Source of the DNA: Candidatus Saccharimonadota bacterium
Lineage (GTDB): Bacteria; Patescibacteriota; Saccharimonadia; Saccharimonadales; Saccharimonadaceae
Assembly: GCA_002421785.1 (NCBI GenBank)
Contig: DIRZ01000002.1
Coordinates: 369,146 to 401,145 of the forward strand
DNA length: 32,000 nt
Direction: 5' to 3'
Shown: piece after piece, positions 1 to 9,010 of the stretch
Layout: each line of letters begins with the position of its first letter
How positions within the stretch are numbered: the first letter of the stretch is position 1
Program-made: the position numbers and the translations under genes
Notes under the pieces: generated by a model
Told to the model about the DNA's origin: nothing
The model's database searches: none
What the model saw: the letters and a program-made list of their open reading frames with translations, nothing else

Positions 1-1
1 T

Positions 2-775
2 GGCGAGTCAGTAAACGCGCAAGAGCTCAAGCAGCTTAAGGGTTTATTACGACCGGCCATATCGGATAGGTCGGAGTGTTTGCACTGCCATCATGCGCTT
101 GCTTGGTATGATCTTGTGCCACTCGCCAGCTGGGCGGCGCTCCGTGGGCGGTGCCGGTACTGCTCGCATAGCATTGGGCGCATGGAGCCGCTCATGGAAC
201 TCGGAGTGGCTGTGGTATTTGTCACTTCGTACCTCGCCTGGCCTCAGCAGTTAACTTCGCCGCTTTCGATTGCGGCGTTTGCGATGTGGCTCATCGCCTG
301 CGTACTGATGGCAATCCTTTTTGCGTATGACGCAAAGTGGTTTTTATTGCCTTTTGCAATCAATATATTGCTCATTGTGGTCGGGGTCGTGTTCTTTGCG
401 CTATTCGCCCTGAGTGGCGGAAGTGCTGGCGTACCCTTGTGGTCAACCCTGTTAGCTCTTGGTATTATCGCGGGGTTGTACTACCTCTTTTCCCTAATGG
501 GCTGGTCTGGGCTAGGGGATAGTATATTAGGGATAAGCCTCGCTTTGTTTCTGGTGGAGTGGCAGCTTGCGTTCCTCGCAGTGTTTTTGGCGAATTTGCT
601 GGGATGCATATTGATTATCCCGTTAGCACTACAGGGTAAATTACACCGTAAGTTGCACATACCCTTCGGGCCGTTTCTTATCCTTGGAACTATCATCGCG
701 GTGCTGTGGGGCGACAATATCATATTGTTCGGCATGCAAGCGAGTGACGTATTGATAACACAGCTTATGCTATAA
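2..775 (+). CDS. pilD: Type IV prepilin peptidase (A24 family), 5' partial; reading frame is open to the left window edge
   Basis: Frame 2 has no stop from nt 2. The translation RSECLHCHHALAWYDLVPLASWAALRGRCRYC matches the Cys-rich Zn motif of PilD. It is followed by multiple TM helices and sits directly upstream of pilin-like genes. The TTG at 80 in the ORF track is probably internal. Confidence 0.85.
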   Translation, partial: GESVNAQELKQLKGLLRPAISDRSECLHCHHALAWYDLVPLASWAALRGRCRYCSHSIGRMEPLMELGVAVVFVTSYLAWPQQLTSPLSIAAFAMWLIACVLMAILFAYDAKWFLLPFAINILLIVVGVVFFALFALSGGSAGVPLWSTLLALGIIAGLYYLFSLMGWSGLGDSILGISLALFLVEWQLAFLAVFLANLLGCILIIPLALQGKLHRKLHIPFGPFLILGTIIAVLWGDNIILFGMQASDVLITQLML

Positions 776-776
776 T
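768..776 (+). promoter_or_regulatory. Extended -10 promoter (TGcTATAAT) inside the 3' end of pilD, 10 nt upstream of the ATG at 787
   Basis: The sequence is TGCTATAAT at 768-776. The predicted TSS near 783 would leave a leader of about 4 nt, and no Shine-Dalgarno is visible. Confidence 0.45.
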
Positions 777-786
777 CGTTGTAGAT

Positions 787-1554
787 ATGAAAAAGGGTGC
801 AGCACAGGGGTTCACAATTATCGAAGTCATCCTTTTTTTGGCTGTGACCGGGCTTATTATGTCAGTGATGCTTGTCGGTATAGCCAATGGCCTTAATCAA
901 GAGCGGTATCGAGACGCTTCGACCTCGCTCCTTAGCTATTTTAAGGGTCAGTACAGTGACGTAGTGAACGTCAGCAATAGCCGATCCCAGTATGAGCCAT
1001 GTATTTCCGGCGGTCCGGCGGATGCCGGTCGCGGGACGAGCGATTGTTTTATTGTGGGAAAGCTACTCACATCGGTAGTAACGACGGACGCAGGGGGTAA
1101 TCCGCTCGTCAAATCAATTCAGTCGCGTTCGGTATTCGCCACGACGGAGGTTACGCCAGATGATGTCTCTGGGTTAACGCCACCTAGTGATATTGATATA
1201 CTCAAAGACTCTGACTTAATTGTCGGCGATGCGGTTGACACTTATACGCTTGAATGGGATACCGCACTCGTCAGGCCGTCAACTGAAACAGCTGGGCCAA
1301 CAACCTTTAGCTTGCTCATCGTTCGCATGCCAACGAGCGGTGTCGTGCATACGTACGTGACGAATGCTGCCGGTAACTCACCGGTTGAAGTACTGAATTC
1401 AACGACATCGCCGGCAGAGCCTACGGCTGATCTAAAAACATGTATTGAGCCAGGTGGTTTAATCAAATCTACTCAGCAGTACACAGGTGTCATCATTGGG
1501 GCCAATGCTGCAAATAGTGGCGGAGTCAAGTTTGTGATGGCGGGGGATTGCTAG
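787..1554 (+). CDS. Type IV pilin-like protein (minor pilin/pseudopilin) with a class III signal
   Basis: The N-terminus is MKKGAAQG|FTIIEVILFLAVTGLIMSV. It has the G-1, F+1, E+5 prepilin cleavage/methylation motif plus a hydrophobic helix. Confidence 0.85.
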   Translation: MKKGAAQGFTIIEVILFLAVTGLIMSVMLVGIANGLNQERYRDASTSLLSYFKGQYSDVVNVSNSRSQYEPCISGGPADAGRGTSDCFIVGKLLTSVVTTDAGGNPLVKSIQSRSVFATTEVTPDDVSGLTPPSDIDILKDSDLIVGDAVDTYTLEWDTALVRPSTETAGPTTFSLLIVRMPTSGVVHTYVTNAAGNSPVEVLNSTTSPAEPTADLKTCIEPGGLIKSTQQYTGVIIGANAANSGGVKFVMAGDC

Positions 1555-1555
1555 T

Positions 1556-2170
1556 ATGTATCGTCGCGCTGAATCTGGTGACACAATCGTCGAAATGGTC
1601 ATGGCCTTTGCAATTTTTAGTTTTGCGGTAGTCGTGACTATGAGTCTTATGAATAAGGGAATTGCTTTATCGCAGCAGAGCCTCGAGGTATCGCAAGTTC
1701 GACAGCAGATGGATAGTCAGGCTGAGTTGGTCCGATATATCCATGATACGCGTAATGTGGCGTGGACAGCACTTGTAGGCACTGATGCCACGCCGGGGAA
1801 TGGGGATGACAGGATTACAACCAACATTATGCCGTTAACAGGTACGACATGCCCCACCTTGGCGACGTTTGTGTCTGCCGCCTATCGCCCCTTCTTTATT
1901 ACGCCGAATCCAGCAGCACCTGGTACGTTCACGGTATCTTCGCTCAATGCCACGAGCTACACCCCAGCGAGCACTTACGCAAAGGTCGTCTATCCAACGA
2001 CAGCTGCGCCGACACCCGTGTCGCAGGGAGTATGGCTGCAAATTGCACTCGCCGAGGACCAGAATGGTACACTACCCGCCTATGATGTGTATGTTCATGG
2101 CTGTTGGGCAACCGCAGGTCAAACATTACCGATGACGCTCGGTACGATTGTGAGGTTATATGGTAAATAA
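1556..2170 (+). CDS. Pilin-like protein with an atypical class III signal (G|DTIVE)
   Basis: The N-terminus is MYRRAESG|DTIVEMVMAFAIFSFAVVV. E+5 and the hydrophobic helix are retained, but Asp replaces Phe/Met at +1. It starts 2 nt after the previous pilin gene. Confidence 0.6.
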   Translation: MYRRAESGDTIVEMVMAFAIFSFAVVVTMSLMNKGIALSQQSLEVSQVRQQMDSQAELVRYIHDTRNVAWTALVGTDATPGNGDDRITTNIMPLTGTTCPTLATFVSAAYRPFFITPNPAAPGTFTVSSLNATSYTPASTYAKVVYPTTAAPTPVSQGVWLQIALAEDQNGTLPAYDVYVHGCWATAGQTLPMTLGTIVRLYGK

Positions 2171-2879
2171 ACGCCGTTATGGATTTACGCTCGTAGAGTT
2201 GTCTCTCGTCATGGCATTCTTCTCTATATTACTCATGGGAATTTTAACGGTGACGCTCCATATAGGCAAACTCTATACGAAAGGCATGACGAATAAATCT
2301 CTCAATTCGATAGGCAGGGATGTTACTGACACACTTCGACGAGATTTTGCCGCCGCGGACGCAACTCGCATTTCAGGCACGTCTACATCGAGTGTACTGC
2401 TGGAGGGGTCGACAAATCGCCGGGGGCGAGTTTGCCTAGGTAACGTGTCGTATGTATGGAATACGGTGGGGTTACTAAACGGCTCAGATGCGACAACAAG
2501 TGCGGTGACGATGGGCACATCTAAGGTAAAACTAGCGCGCGTTGTCGATACAACAAAAAGCTACTGTGTTATGACGAGTGGGCGATATCCATCTACTATT
2601 CCTTCAACCGCAACTGCGTCAGACTTGCTGAGCGGGGGGGATACGGCATACAAAAGAGATTATGCAATCTATGATTTTACCATAACCCCTGCGGCGGTAG
2701 TGGGCGATAACGGAATTTATCGAGTGAAGTTTACTATCGGTACCTACGACCCGAATACCACGAGTACTGTTGGTGGTGTTGTCGAGTGCCGACCACCGAC
2801 GACGGCTGGTTCAAACTTTGAGTATTGTTCGGTTGCGGATTTTGATACATTTGTACGCGTAGGAGGCGAAAAACAATGA
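2160..2879 (+). CDS. Type IV pilin-like protein (minor pilin/pseudopilin)
   Basis: The N-terminus MVNKRRYG|FTLVELSLVMAFFSILLMGIL is a canonical prepilin motif. It overlaps the upstream gene by 11 nt. Confidence 0.85.
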   Translation: MVNKRRYGFTLVELSLVMAFFSILLMGILTVTLHIGKLYTKGMTNKSLNSIGRDVTDTLRRDFAAADATRISGTSTSSVLLEGSTNRRGRVCLGNVSYVWNTVGLLNGSDATTSAVTMGTSKVKLARVVDTTKSYCVMTSGRYPSTIPSTATASDLLSGGDTAYKRDYAIYDFTITPAAVVGDNGIYRVKFTIGTYDPNTTSTVGGVVECRPPTTAGSNFEYCSVADFDTFVRVGGEKQ

Positions 2880-4084
2880 CGTATATACCACACACTAGGC
2901 GGGCAGAACAAGGCGCTACGGCACTGCTTATTGTTATCTTCTCGGTTCTCCTCTTTATTGTCGTATCGGTTGGATTCATGCGCACAATGGTTCAGGACCA
3001 GCAAGAATCCACTGATTCAGAATTATCCCAAGGCGCATACGACTCTGCGCTGGCCGGTATTGAGGACGGCAAGCGTGCGCTGGCGCTTTGCGTGCAGCAG
3101 GGTAATCAGGCGGCTTGCGACACGTTGGACGCCAAAGAGTGTACGACCGTGAGCGATGCGGGCATTGTAAACGTAACGGGCGGTGAGACGATAGTAAAGA
3201 CCTCAACCGCATCGGGCTCTGCTGGTTCGGATTACCAACAAGCATATACTTGCGTGAAGGTATCTCGCAATACTGCTGACTACGTAGGCACTATTGGTGC
3301 AGATAACTCACGGATAATTCCGCTCCGTGTTCAGAGTACTGCATCTTTCGATACAATTGAACTTTCTTGGTACGCGCCAGCAACAGGGCAGGCTGCGCGT
3401 GTCGTCACACTTCCTACCGGCGCTGCGGCAGCCGATCGTCGATTCACAACGCTTGCGGGCTGGGGTGGAGCGAGCCCTAATACGCGGCCACCTGTTATGC
3501 GTGCCCAGTTAATGCAGTTCACTAAAGATAACGTCAAACTCCGTGATTTCGACGAGAACGCGAACGCCCATACGTTGTACCTTTATCCTTCAACCGCCGC
3601 CTCTCCTACGGTGTCTTTCGCCGGTGATGGCCGTCGAACCGGTTCGCAGGTGCCTGTCGGTGCTCCTTGCACGACGTCTCCTGCTGCTAGCCCTGTCGCT
3701 CCAATCGATTCATACTATTGTCATGTGAGGATCACTGTCCCTGATGCGCTACGGTCGAATCCTAGTCTTTCTAATACAGATAAGCTTGCGTATTTACGAC
3801 TCACCACGATGTATGGCGCGACAGATTTCCGAATCAAATTATATAAAGGCCCTGACCTCGTCGAATTTTACGGGGTTCAGCCCACAATCGATGCAACCGG
3901 CCGGGCGGGCGACGTCTTCCGTCGTGTGCTCGCACATGTTGAACTGGCCGATCCGATGGCCGACGCTAATCTGTATCCTCGGGCTACAGTTGACCTCACA
4001 AATAATTTTTGCAAAGTACTCTTTGTCACGAATAATGCGAGTGATTATGACGCTGGCACTGGTGTCTGCAACCCCGCTCTCTAG
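2876..4084 (+). CDS. PilX-like large minor pilin / pilus assembly protein
   Basis: The N-terminus is ...RRAEQG|ATALLIVIFSVLLFIVVSVGF, with no E+5, as in PilX/GspK-type proteins. It is followed by QGAYDSALAGIEDG, which resembles the PilX N-terminal domain. An ATGA overlap couples it to the previous gene. Confidence 0.6.
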   Translation: MTYIPHTRRAEQGATALLIVIFSVLLFIVVSVGFMRTMVQDQQESTDSELSQGAYDSALAGIEDGKRALALCVQQGNQAACDTLDAKECTTVSDAGIVNVTGGETIVKTSTASGSAGSDYQQAYTCVKVSRNTADYVGTIGADNSRIIPLRVQSTASFDTIELSWYAPATGQAARVVTLPTGAAAADRRFTTLAGWGGASPNTRPPVMRAQLMQFTKDNVKLRDFDENANAHTLYLYPSTAASPTVSFAGDGRRTGSQVPVGAPCTTSPAASPVAPIDSYYCHVRITVPDALRSNPSLSNTDKLAYLRLTTMYGATDFRIKLYKGPDLVEFYGVQPTIDATGRAGDVFRRVLAHVELADPMADANLYPRATVDLTNNFCKVLFVTNNASDYDAGTGVCNPAL

Positions 4085-4091
4085 TTATCTC

Positions 4092-4994
4092 CTAAGAATG
4101 AAACTTTTCGTAGACTTCGCGTAAGTGTGCGTCAGTGACATGGGTATAGACTTGAGTGGTACTGATGTTGCTGTGCCCGAGCATCGATTGCACGCTTCGG
4201 ATATCTGCCCCATTCATAAGGAGGTCAGTGGCAAAGCTGTGGCGCATGGTGTGAGGGCTTACGTGCTTGGTAATACCCGCTAGCTTAGCGTATTTGCTGA
4301 TAAGTCGCTGGATACTGCGCGGCGTGAGCCTACGGTAGTCTCCTGAGGAATCTGCAATGTTATTGCGACTATAGTTCAGAAAGAGGGGCGCAAGTGAGTC
4401 ACTGCGTGCTGCAAGGTACGCCTCTACGTGGTCGGCAGCCGATTCACTAATGAAAATCGGCCTATCTTTTTGACCTTTTCCGCGAACCATGAACTCGCGC
4501 CGTTTTGTATTGATGTGGCCGCGATCAAGGTTCACAAGTTCAGACACGCGCAGCCCACTAGAAAAAAGTAACTCTAGGATGGCCCTATCGCGGAGATGCT
4601 GGGGAGTGTCATCGGCTGGCACCGCATCAAGCATTTGCTCAACTTCGTCGAAATGCAGGAAGGTCACTTGTTTGCGATGAGTTTTCGGTAGGTCGATTTT
4701 ATCTGGGCTGAGTGACGGTATGTCTCGCTTTGATAAGTACCCGAGGAACCCACGCATCGCAATAAGGTGGTAGTTCTGAGTGATAAGTGCAAGCTCATCG
4801 CCGTACTCACTAGTGTAGCGGTTGAGCCACAGACGGTATTTACGAATCAATTCGCTCGTTATTTTATCAACAGTAATAAGTCCTGCAAACTCAATAAAAC
4901 GTTCGAGGTAGCGACGATAGTTTTCGGCCGTTTTCGCAGAGCGTCCGCGCTCGACTTCAATGTGTTCGACGTAATCGATGATGAGTTCGGACAT
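4092..4994 (-). CDS. Tyrosine recombinase, XerC/XerD family
   Basis: The C-terminus has HTMRHSFATDLLMNGADIRSVQSMLGHSNISTTQVYTHV (the R..HxxR..Y catalytic region). The N-terminus has a SAM-like domain (ENYRRYLERFIEF). The start is set at the ATG at 4994, with AGGAG 7 nt upstream. The ORF track start at 5027 is probably too long. Confidence 0.85.
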   Translation of the reverse strand: MSELIIDYVEHIEVERGRSAKTAENYRRYLERFIEFAGLITVDKITSELIRKYRLWLNRYTSEYGDELALITQNYHLIAMRGFLGYLSKRDIPSLSPDKIDLPKTHRKQVTFLHFDEVEQMLDAVPADDTPQHLRDRAILELLFSSGLRVSELVNLDRGHINTKRREFMVRGKGQKDRPIFISESAADHVEAYLAARSDSLAPLFLNYSRNNIADSSGDYRRLTPRSIQRLISKYAKLAGITKHVSPHTMRHSFATDLLMNGADIRSVQSMLGHSNISTTQVYTHVTDAHLREVYEKFHS

Positions 4995-5033
4995 ATCCAT
5001 ACTCCTAGCATAGCGTACGCGGCGCAAAAAGGG

Positions 5034-5039
5034 TATAAT
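5034..5039 (+). promoter_or_regulatory. -10 box TATAAT, 7 nt upstream of the uppP ATG at 5047
   Basis: The sequence is gggTATAATgttgctaATG. The ATG at 5038 listed in the ORF track lies inside this hexamer. Confidence 0.4.
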
Positions 5040-5046
5040 GTTGCTA

Positions 5047-5859
5047 ATGGATATGGCTAGTGCACAAACCGTTCTTCTTGGCCTGGCTCAGGGCCTAACC
5101 GAGTTTATACCCGTCAGTAGTTCCGGCCATCTTGTCATCATACAGCATGTTATGTCGGGGGCATCTGACCATCTATTCCTTGAGTACATAAATATCGGAA
5201 CGTTGCTCGCGCTCATAGTGCACTATCGTCATAGAATTGTCGATATTCTGCGTGATATTTTCGAACACAAAAATTATTCACTATTCATTAATATTATTTT
5301 AACCTCTATCCCTGCTGGCCTTGCAGGATTCTTTTTAGCGGATGCCATTGAAAACAGCAGATTCTTCGGAAGTCTGACCGTCGTACTTATCACTTTGACT
5401 GTTGTTGGTGTATTGATGATAATCCTGGACAAGCTACCCAGATTGTCAAAGGTTGCGTCCGGTGAATCACTGTCATGGAAGCGAGCTTTGGGAATCGGTA
5501 TTGCACAAATGTGCGCGCTTGTGCCAGGTGTTTCGCGTTCCGGCTCAACCATCATCGCCGGAAGAATCGCAGGATTATCTCATCGTGATGCGGCAGAGTA
5601 TAGCTTCCTAGCTTCGTTGCCGATTATGATAGCAGTTACTCTCAAGCTGCTTATATCTTCAGACGACAGGCTGTACTTTGTGGAAAATGCGCCAATGCTG
5701 CTTCTCGGGAACCTTGTCGCTTTTATTGCGGGGCTCCTGGCTATACGATTCTTGCTGAATTATCTGAGTAAGCACGGACTGGGGTTGTTCGGATGGTATC
5801 GGCTTGGGCTCGCTGGTATAGTGTCTGTCGTTCTTCTTGTGCAATATTTGTTACAATAA
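5047..5859 (+). CDS. uppP: Undecaprenyl-diphosphate phosphatase
   Basis: It contains GLAQGLTEFIPVSSSGHLVI and PGVSRSGSTIIAG, the BacA/UppP signature motifs, in a polytopic membrane protein. The start could be 5038, 5047 or 5053. Confidence 0.9.
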   Translation: MDMASAQTVLLGLAQGLTEFIPVSSSGHLVIIQHVMSGASDHLFLEYINIGTLLALIVHYRHRIVDILRDIFEHKNYSLFINIILTSIPAGLAGFFLADAIENSRFFGSLTVVLITLTVVGVLMIILDKLPRLSKVASGESLSWKRALGIGIAQMCALVPGVSRSGSTIIAGRIAGLSHRDAAEYSFLASLPIMIAVTLKLLISSDDRLYFVENAPMLLLGNLVAFIAGLLAIRFLLNYLSKHGLGLFGWYRLGLAGIVSVVLLVQYLLQ

Positions 5860-5882
5860 AACCATAACAGTAGAGGAGTGCC

Positions 5883-6389
5883 ATGCAAACATCAGTAGAA
5901 CGAACTCTCATCGTATTCAAACCCGACGCAGTTCAGCGAGGGATTGTTGGTGAGATTTTATCGCGATTCGAGAAAGTTGGATTAAAAATTGTCGCAACAA
6001 AAATGATTGCTCCGACCAAGGACCATTACTACAGGCACTATGAAGAGATTGGCAAAATGATTACGCGACGAGGCAAGTCTACCTTCGACATTACGTTAGA
6101 AATGATGGTGCAGGGTCCTGTTATCGCGATGGTGCTTGAAGGTGTCGAAGCAGTGGCGTTAGTTCGCAAGCTCGTTGGCACGACTGAGCCCAAAAGCGCC
6201 CTGCCTGGTACCATTAGGGGTGATTTCTCCCACATGAGCTTTGGTTATGCAGATAATGAAAGCAAAGGCATTCCAAACTTAATTCATGCAAGCGGCGATG
6301 CCAAAGAGGCAGAGCAGGAAATCAGCCACTGGTTCAGTGACGATGAACTCTATGACTACAATGTATTGAATGAGAAGTTTACTCGTTAA
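5883..6389 (+). CDS. ndk: Nucleoside diphosphate kinase (long form)
   Basis: It contains ERTLIVFKPDAVQRGIVGEILSRFEKVGLKIV and the active-site region NLIHASGD. A GAGGAG Shine-Dalgarno lies at 5871-5876. Confidence 0.9.
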   Translation: MQTSVERTLIVFKPDAVQRGIVGEILSRFEKVGLKIVATKMIAPTKDHYYRHYEEIGKMITRRGKSTFDITLEMMVQGPVIAMVLEGVEAVALVRKLVGTTEPKSALPGTIRGDFSHMSFGYADNESKGIPNLIHASGDAKEAEQEISHWFSDDELYDYNVLNEKFTR

Positions 6390-6419
6390 CAGGGGTAACT
6401 GTGGTATACTGGGGCATAT

Positions 6420-6496
6420 GCCTCGGTAGCTCAACTGGATAGAGCAGATCCGTCCTAAGGATAAGGTTGTAGGTTCAACTCCTGCCCGGGGTACCA
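6420..6496 (+). tRNA. tRNA-Arg (anticodon CCT), CCA encoded
   Basis: A manual cloverleaf fits. The acceptor is GCCTCGG/CCGGGGT, the anticodon loop is gtCCTaa and the T arm is GTAGG-TTCAACT-CCTGC. A TGgTATACT -10 box lies at 6402-6410. Confidence 0.85.
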
Positions 6497-6500
6497 AAAT

Positions 6501-7046
6501 ATGAGCAATACAGAAGAAAAGCAGCAACAAGAGTTTGAAGGACAGCACGAGGGTGAGGCGCTCCTATTCGTGTTCCGTCGCCATATCATTGCGATGCGTA
6601 AAGGATTTTATTCTTTACTGATCCCATTTGCTCTCAGTTCCATCCCTCCGCTTATTTGGCAGACAAACCTTGAGCTTTTTTTGCTTCCTATAGCAGGCCT
6701 TACTATCGGATTACTCCTTTTTTCATACCACTTCATCATGTGGTATTTCACCGTGTACATTGTGTCGAATGAGCGCATACGTCAGGTTACTCAGCGGGGG
6801 ATATTTGGGAAGGACGTTGTTGAGCTGCGCCTATCAAAAATCCAAAACATAAGCTATAATATACCAGGATTCACAGGTGAAATCTTCAAGTTTGGTACGA
6901 TTGTCATACAGACGTTCGTAGGAGACCTCGTCATTCATAATGTCGAGCACCCGAGTGAGATATATAACAAACTACAGGATGCTGTTCACCAGGCAACCAA
7001 GGATTCGCCACAAGAAAATGGATATGAAGAAGTTACGGATCAATAA
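6501..7046 (+). CDS. bPH_2 (YdbS/YdbT-like, DUF304) membrane protein
   Basis: Two TM helices are followed by SNERIRQVTQRGIFGKDVVELRLSKIQNISY...FGTIVIQT, which is typical of the bacterial PH domain. The ATG lies 4 nt after the tRNA CCA end. Confidence 0.7.
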   Translation: MSNTEEKQQQEFEGQHEGEALLFVFRRHIIAMRKGFYSLLIPFALSSIPPLIWQTNLELFLLPIAGLTIGLLLFSYHFIMWYFTVYIVSNERIRQVTQRGIFGKDVVELRLSKIQNISYNIPGFTGEIFKFGTIVIQTFVGDLVIHNVEHPSEIYNKLQDAVHQATKDSPQENGYEEVTDQ

Positions 7047-8073
7047 GTTACGCCGCAAGCAGCCTGAGGCGCCGTCGCGTATTACGAATGAAACAGTGGC
7101 CGAGCATCGTGAGAAAATCTTGGCGGGTGGTCGTAAATTTAAATATCCCATCCAGTATGCGCGCCACAAGCTTGTGATTAACGCGCTACTCGTGACACTA
7201 GTTTCGTTTACGCTGTTATTTATTGTCGCATGGCATCAGCTCTATATCGCGCAGAACTCCAGCACACTTATGTATCGGGTGACGCGGCTTATCCCTGTGC
7301 CGGTTGCAAATGTCGATGGCGAAATGGTCCCCTATAACGATTATCTATCGCGACTGCGCTTCAATGAGTTCTGGCTCCGTAAGTATGGCGATGTAAAGCT
7401 TGATTCCAAGGATGGTCAAACGCAGCTCGCTTATATTAAACGACAAGTTCTGAATACGGCGATACAGGATGCGTATGCCAAGAAGCTTGCCCCGCAACAC
7501 GGTGTTACCGTGAGCGATAAAGAAATTGATGACACAATTTTACAGCAACGATATACAGCAAGTGGCCAAATTTCTGAAGAAACGTACTACTCGGCGCTTC
7601 AAATGACGAACGGTTGGTCGAAAGACGACCTGGTGACGTCGTTGCGTCGAACGTTGCTGCGCAACAAGGTTGCGTTTGCTATTGATACGAAGGCGTCCAA
7701 GCAGGCGGAAGAAGCGGCAAAATTAGTCGCATCGACCAACGGTGATTTTCCTAAAGTAGCAGAGCAGCTTGCGTCGCTTCCGGGTGCAAAAATGACAGCA
7801 AGAAACTCTGATCTCGTTAATACCGTAAGTACGTTTGGTGGGCTGCAGGTGTCCGAAGTGGCAAAGCTCGAAAAAGGACAGGTGTCTAGTGTTATCAAGA
7901 GCAGTACTGATGACGGTTATTATTTTGTAAAGGTCATAGACAAGACCGATACCCAAGTGAGTTTTAGCTACTTGCATATTCCTTTGACAATGTTTAGCGA
8001 AAGTCTGTCCAAACTGAAAAAGGATGGCAAGATTACTGAATATATCAAAGTTGCCGAGCAGAAACAGTCTTAA
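7018..8073 (+). CDS. Membrane-anchored SurA-N/PrsA-like chaperone (parvulin-like C-terminal region)
   Basis: It has one N-terminal TM helix (LVINALLVTLVSFTLLFIVAW). A SurA_N-like helical region follows (ILQQRYTASGQISEETYYSALQ...LRRTLLRNKV). The C-terminus has GQVSSVIKSSTDDGYYFVKVIDK, a parvulin-like motif. The start is set at the ATG at 7018 rather than 6940. Confidence 0.6.
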   Translation: MDMKKLRINKLRRKQPEAPSRITNETVAEHREKILAGGRKFKYPIQYARHKLVINALLVTLVSFTLLFIVAWHQLYIAQNSSTLMYRVTRLIPVPVANVDGEMVPYNDYLSRLRFNEFWLRKYGDVKLDSKDGQTQLAYIKRQVLNTAIQDAYAKKLAPQHGVTVSDKEIDDTILQQRYTASGQISEETYYSALQMTNGWSKDDLVTSLRRTLLRNKVAFAIDTKASKQAEEAAKLVASTNGDFPKVAEQLASLPGAKMTARNSDLVNTVSTFGGLQVSEVAKLEKGQVSSVIKSSTDDGYYFVKVIDKTDTQVSFSYLHIPLTMFSESLSKLKKDGKITEYIKVAEQKQS

Positions 8074-8087
8074 TAAAAAGGAGGCAT

Positions 8088-8693
8088 ATGCATACGCTGC
8101 CACAATTACCCTACGACTATAACGCGCTTGCGCCTACTATCAGCGAACAGATAATGAGGTTGCATCATAGCAAGCACCATCAGACATACGTCGATAAGCT
8201 TAACGCTGCACTCCAGCAAGTACCAGAGCTTGAGTCGACGCCTTTGCGTGTTTTGCTTGGAGATTTAGCCTCGGTACCTGAGGCGATTCGCACGGCAGTG
8301 CGCAATCACGGTGGTGGTCACTATAATCATAGTTTATTCTGGCAGTGTATGTCCCCTAATGGCGGGGGCGAGCCTCAGGGGCCACTTGGCGACGCAATAC
8401 GTGCAAAGTGGGGAAGCTTCGATGCGTTTATCGAAGAATTTAATACAAAAGCACTTGGTTTGTTTGGAAGTGGCTGGGTATGGCTTACCTATGATCTCGA
8501 TATTGTAGCGCTGCCAAATCAGGACACCCCTATGGCGGAAGGAAAGGGTGAGCCGCTCATGGGGTTGGATGTTTGGGAGCACGCGTATTACCTTGACTAC
8601 ACGAGTAAACGTGACGAATACATCAAACAGTGGTGGAGCGTCGTTAACTGGACATTTATAGAAGAACGGTTCGCTACCATCGCCGACCTGTAA
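8088..8693 (+). CDS. sodA: Fe/Mn superoxide dismutase
   Basis: It contains LPQLPYDYNALAPTISEQIMRLHHSKHHQTYV and the DVWEHAYYLDY metal-ligand motif. An AAGGAGG Shine-Dalgarno lies upstream. Confidence 0.95.
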   Translation: MHTLPQLPYDYNALAPTISEQIMRLHHSKHHQTYVDKLNAALQQVPELESTPLRVLLGDLASVPEAIRTAVRNHGGGHYNHSLFWQCMSPNGGGEPQGPLGDAIRAKWGSFDAFIEEFNTKALGLFGSGWVWLTYDLDIVALPNQDTPMAEGKGEPLMGLDVWEHAYYLDYTSKRDEYIKQWWSVVNWTFIEERFATIADL

Positions 8694-8741
8694 CGGAATG
8701 CGACCAAATAAATAACCCACCAGAAGGTGAGTGACTTATTG

Positions 8742-8819
8742 TGGCGCGCCCGACCGGATTCGAACCGGCGATCTCCTCCGTGACAGGGAGGCGTGATAGA
8801 CCAGCTTCACTACGAGCGC
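8742..8819 (-). tRNA. tRNA-Asp (anticodon GTC), CCA encoded
   Basis: The reverse complement folds as a cloverleaf. The acceptor is GCGCTCG/CGGGCGC, the anticodon stem-loop is CCTCC-ctGTCac-GGAGG and the T arm is GCCGG-TTCGAAT-CCGGT. Confidence 0.9.
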
Positions 8820-8920
8820 TTACTCTTGTGTATGATAGCAGTTTTTTCTCTGTTAATCAACAGGGATGCGGCATTTATTTTTACAGAGGTTAGGTGATAT
8901 AATGAATCAAGCACCAATGT

Positions 8921-8996
8921 GCCGCTGTAGCTCAGCTGGTAGAGCGGCGCTTTCGTAAAGCGTAGGTCACCGGTTCAAATCCGGTCAGCGGCTCCA
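8921..8996 (+). tRNA. tRNA-Thr (anticodon CGT), discriminator U73, CCA encoded
   Basis: The acceptor is GCCGCTG/CAGCGGC, the anticodon stem-loop is GCGCT-ttCGTaa-AGCGT and the T arm is ACCGG-TTCAAAT-CCGGT. A TGaTATAAT promoter lies at 8895-8903. Confidence 0.9.
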
Positions 8997-9010
8997 TAAG
9001 AGAGCAATAC

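Noticed and set aside
4085-5040. Xer recombinase next to the pilin genes as a possible invertible or phase-variation switch
   Set aside because: I could not find inverted repeats flanking any promoter or pilin segment. The protein looks like an ordinary chromosome-dimer-resolution XerC/D.
6279-6548. 89-aa minus-strand ORF
   Set aside because: It overlaps tRNA-Arg and the ends of ndk and the PH-domain gene. It is an artefact of an open antisense frame.
6940-7017. N-terminal 26-codon extension of the SurA-like gene
   Set aside because: It would overlap the PH-domain gene by 107 nt. The ATG at 7018 gives a typical basic N-terminus followed by a TM anchor.
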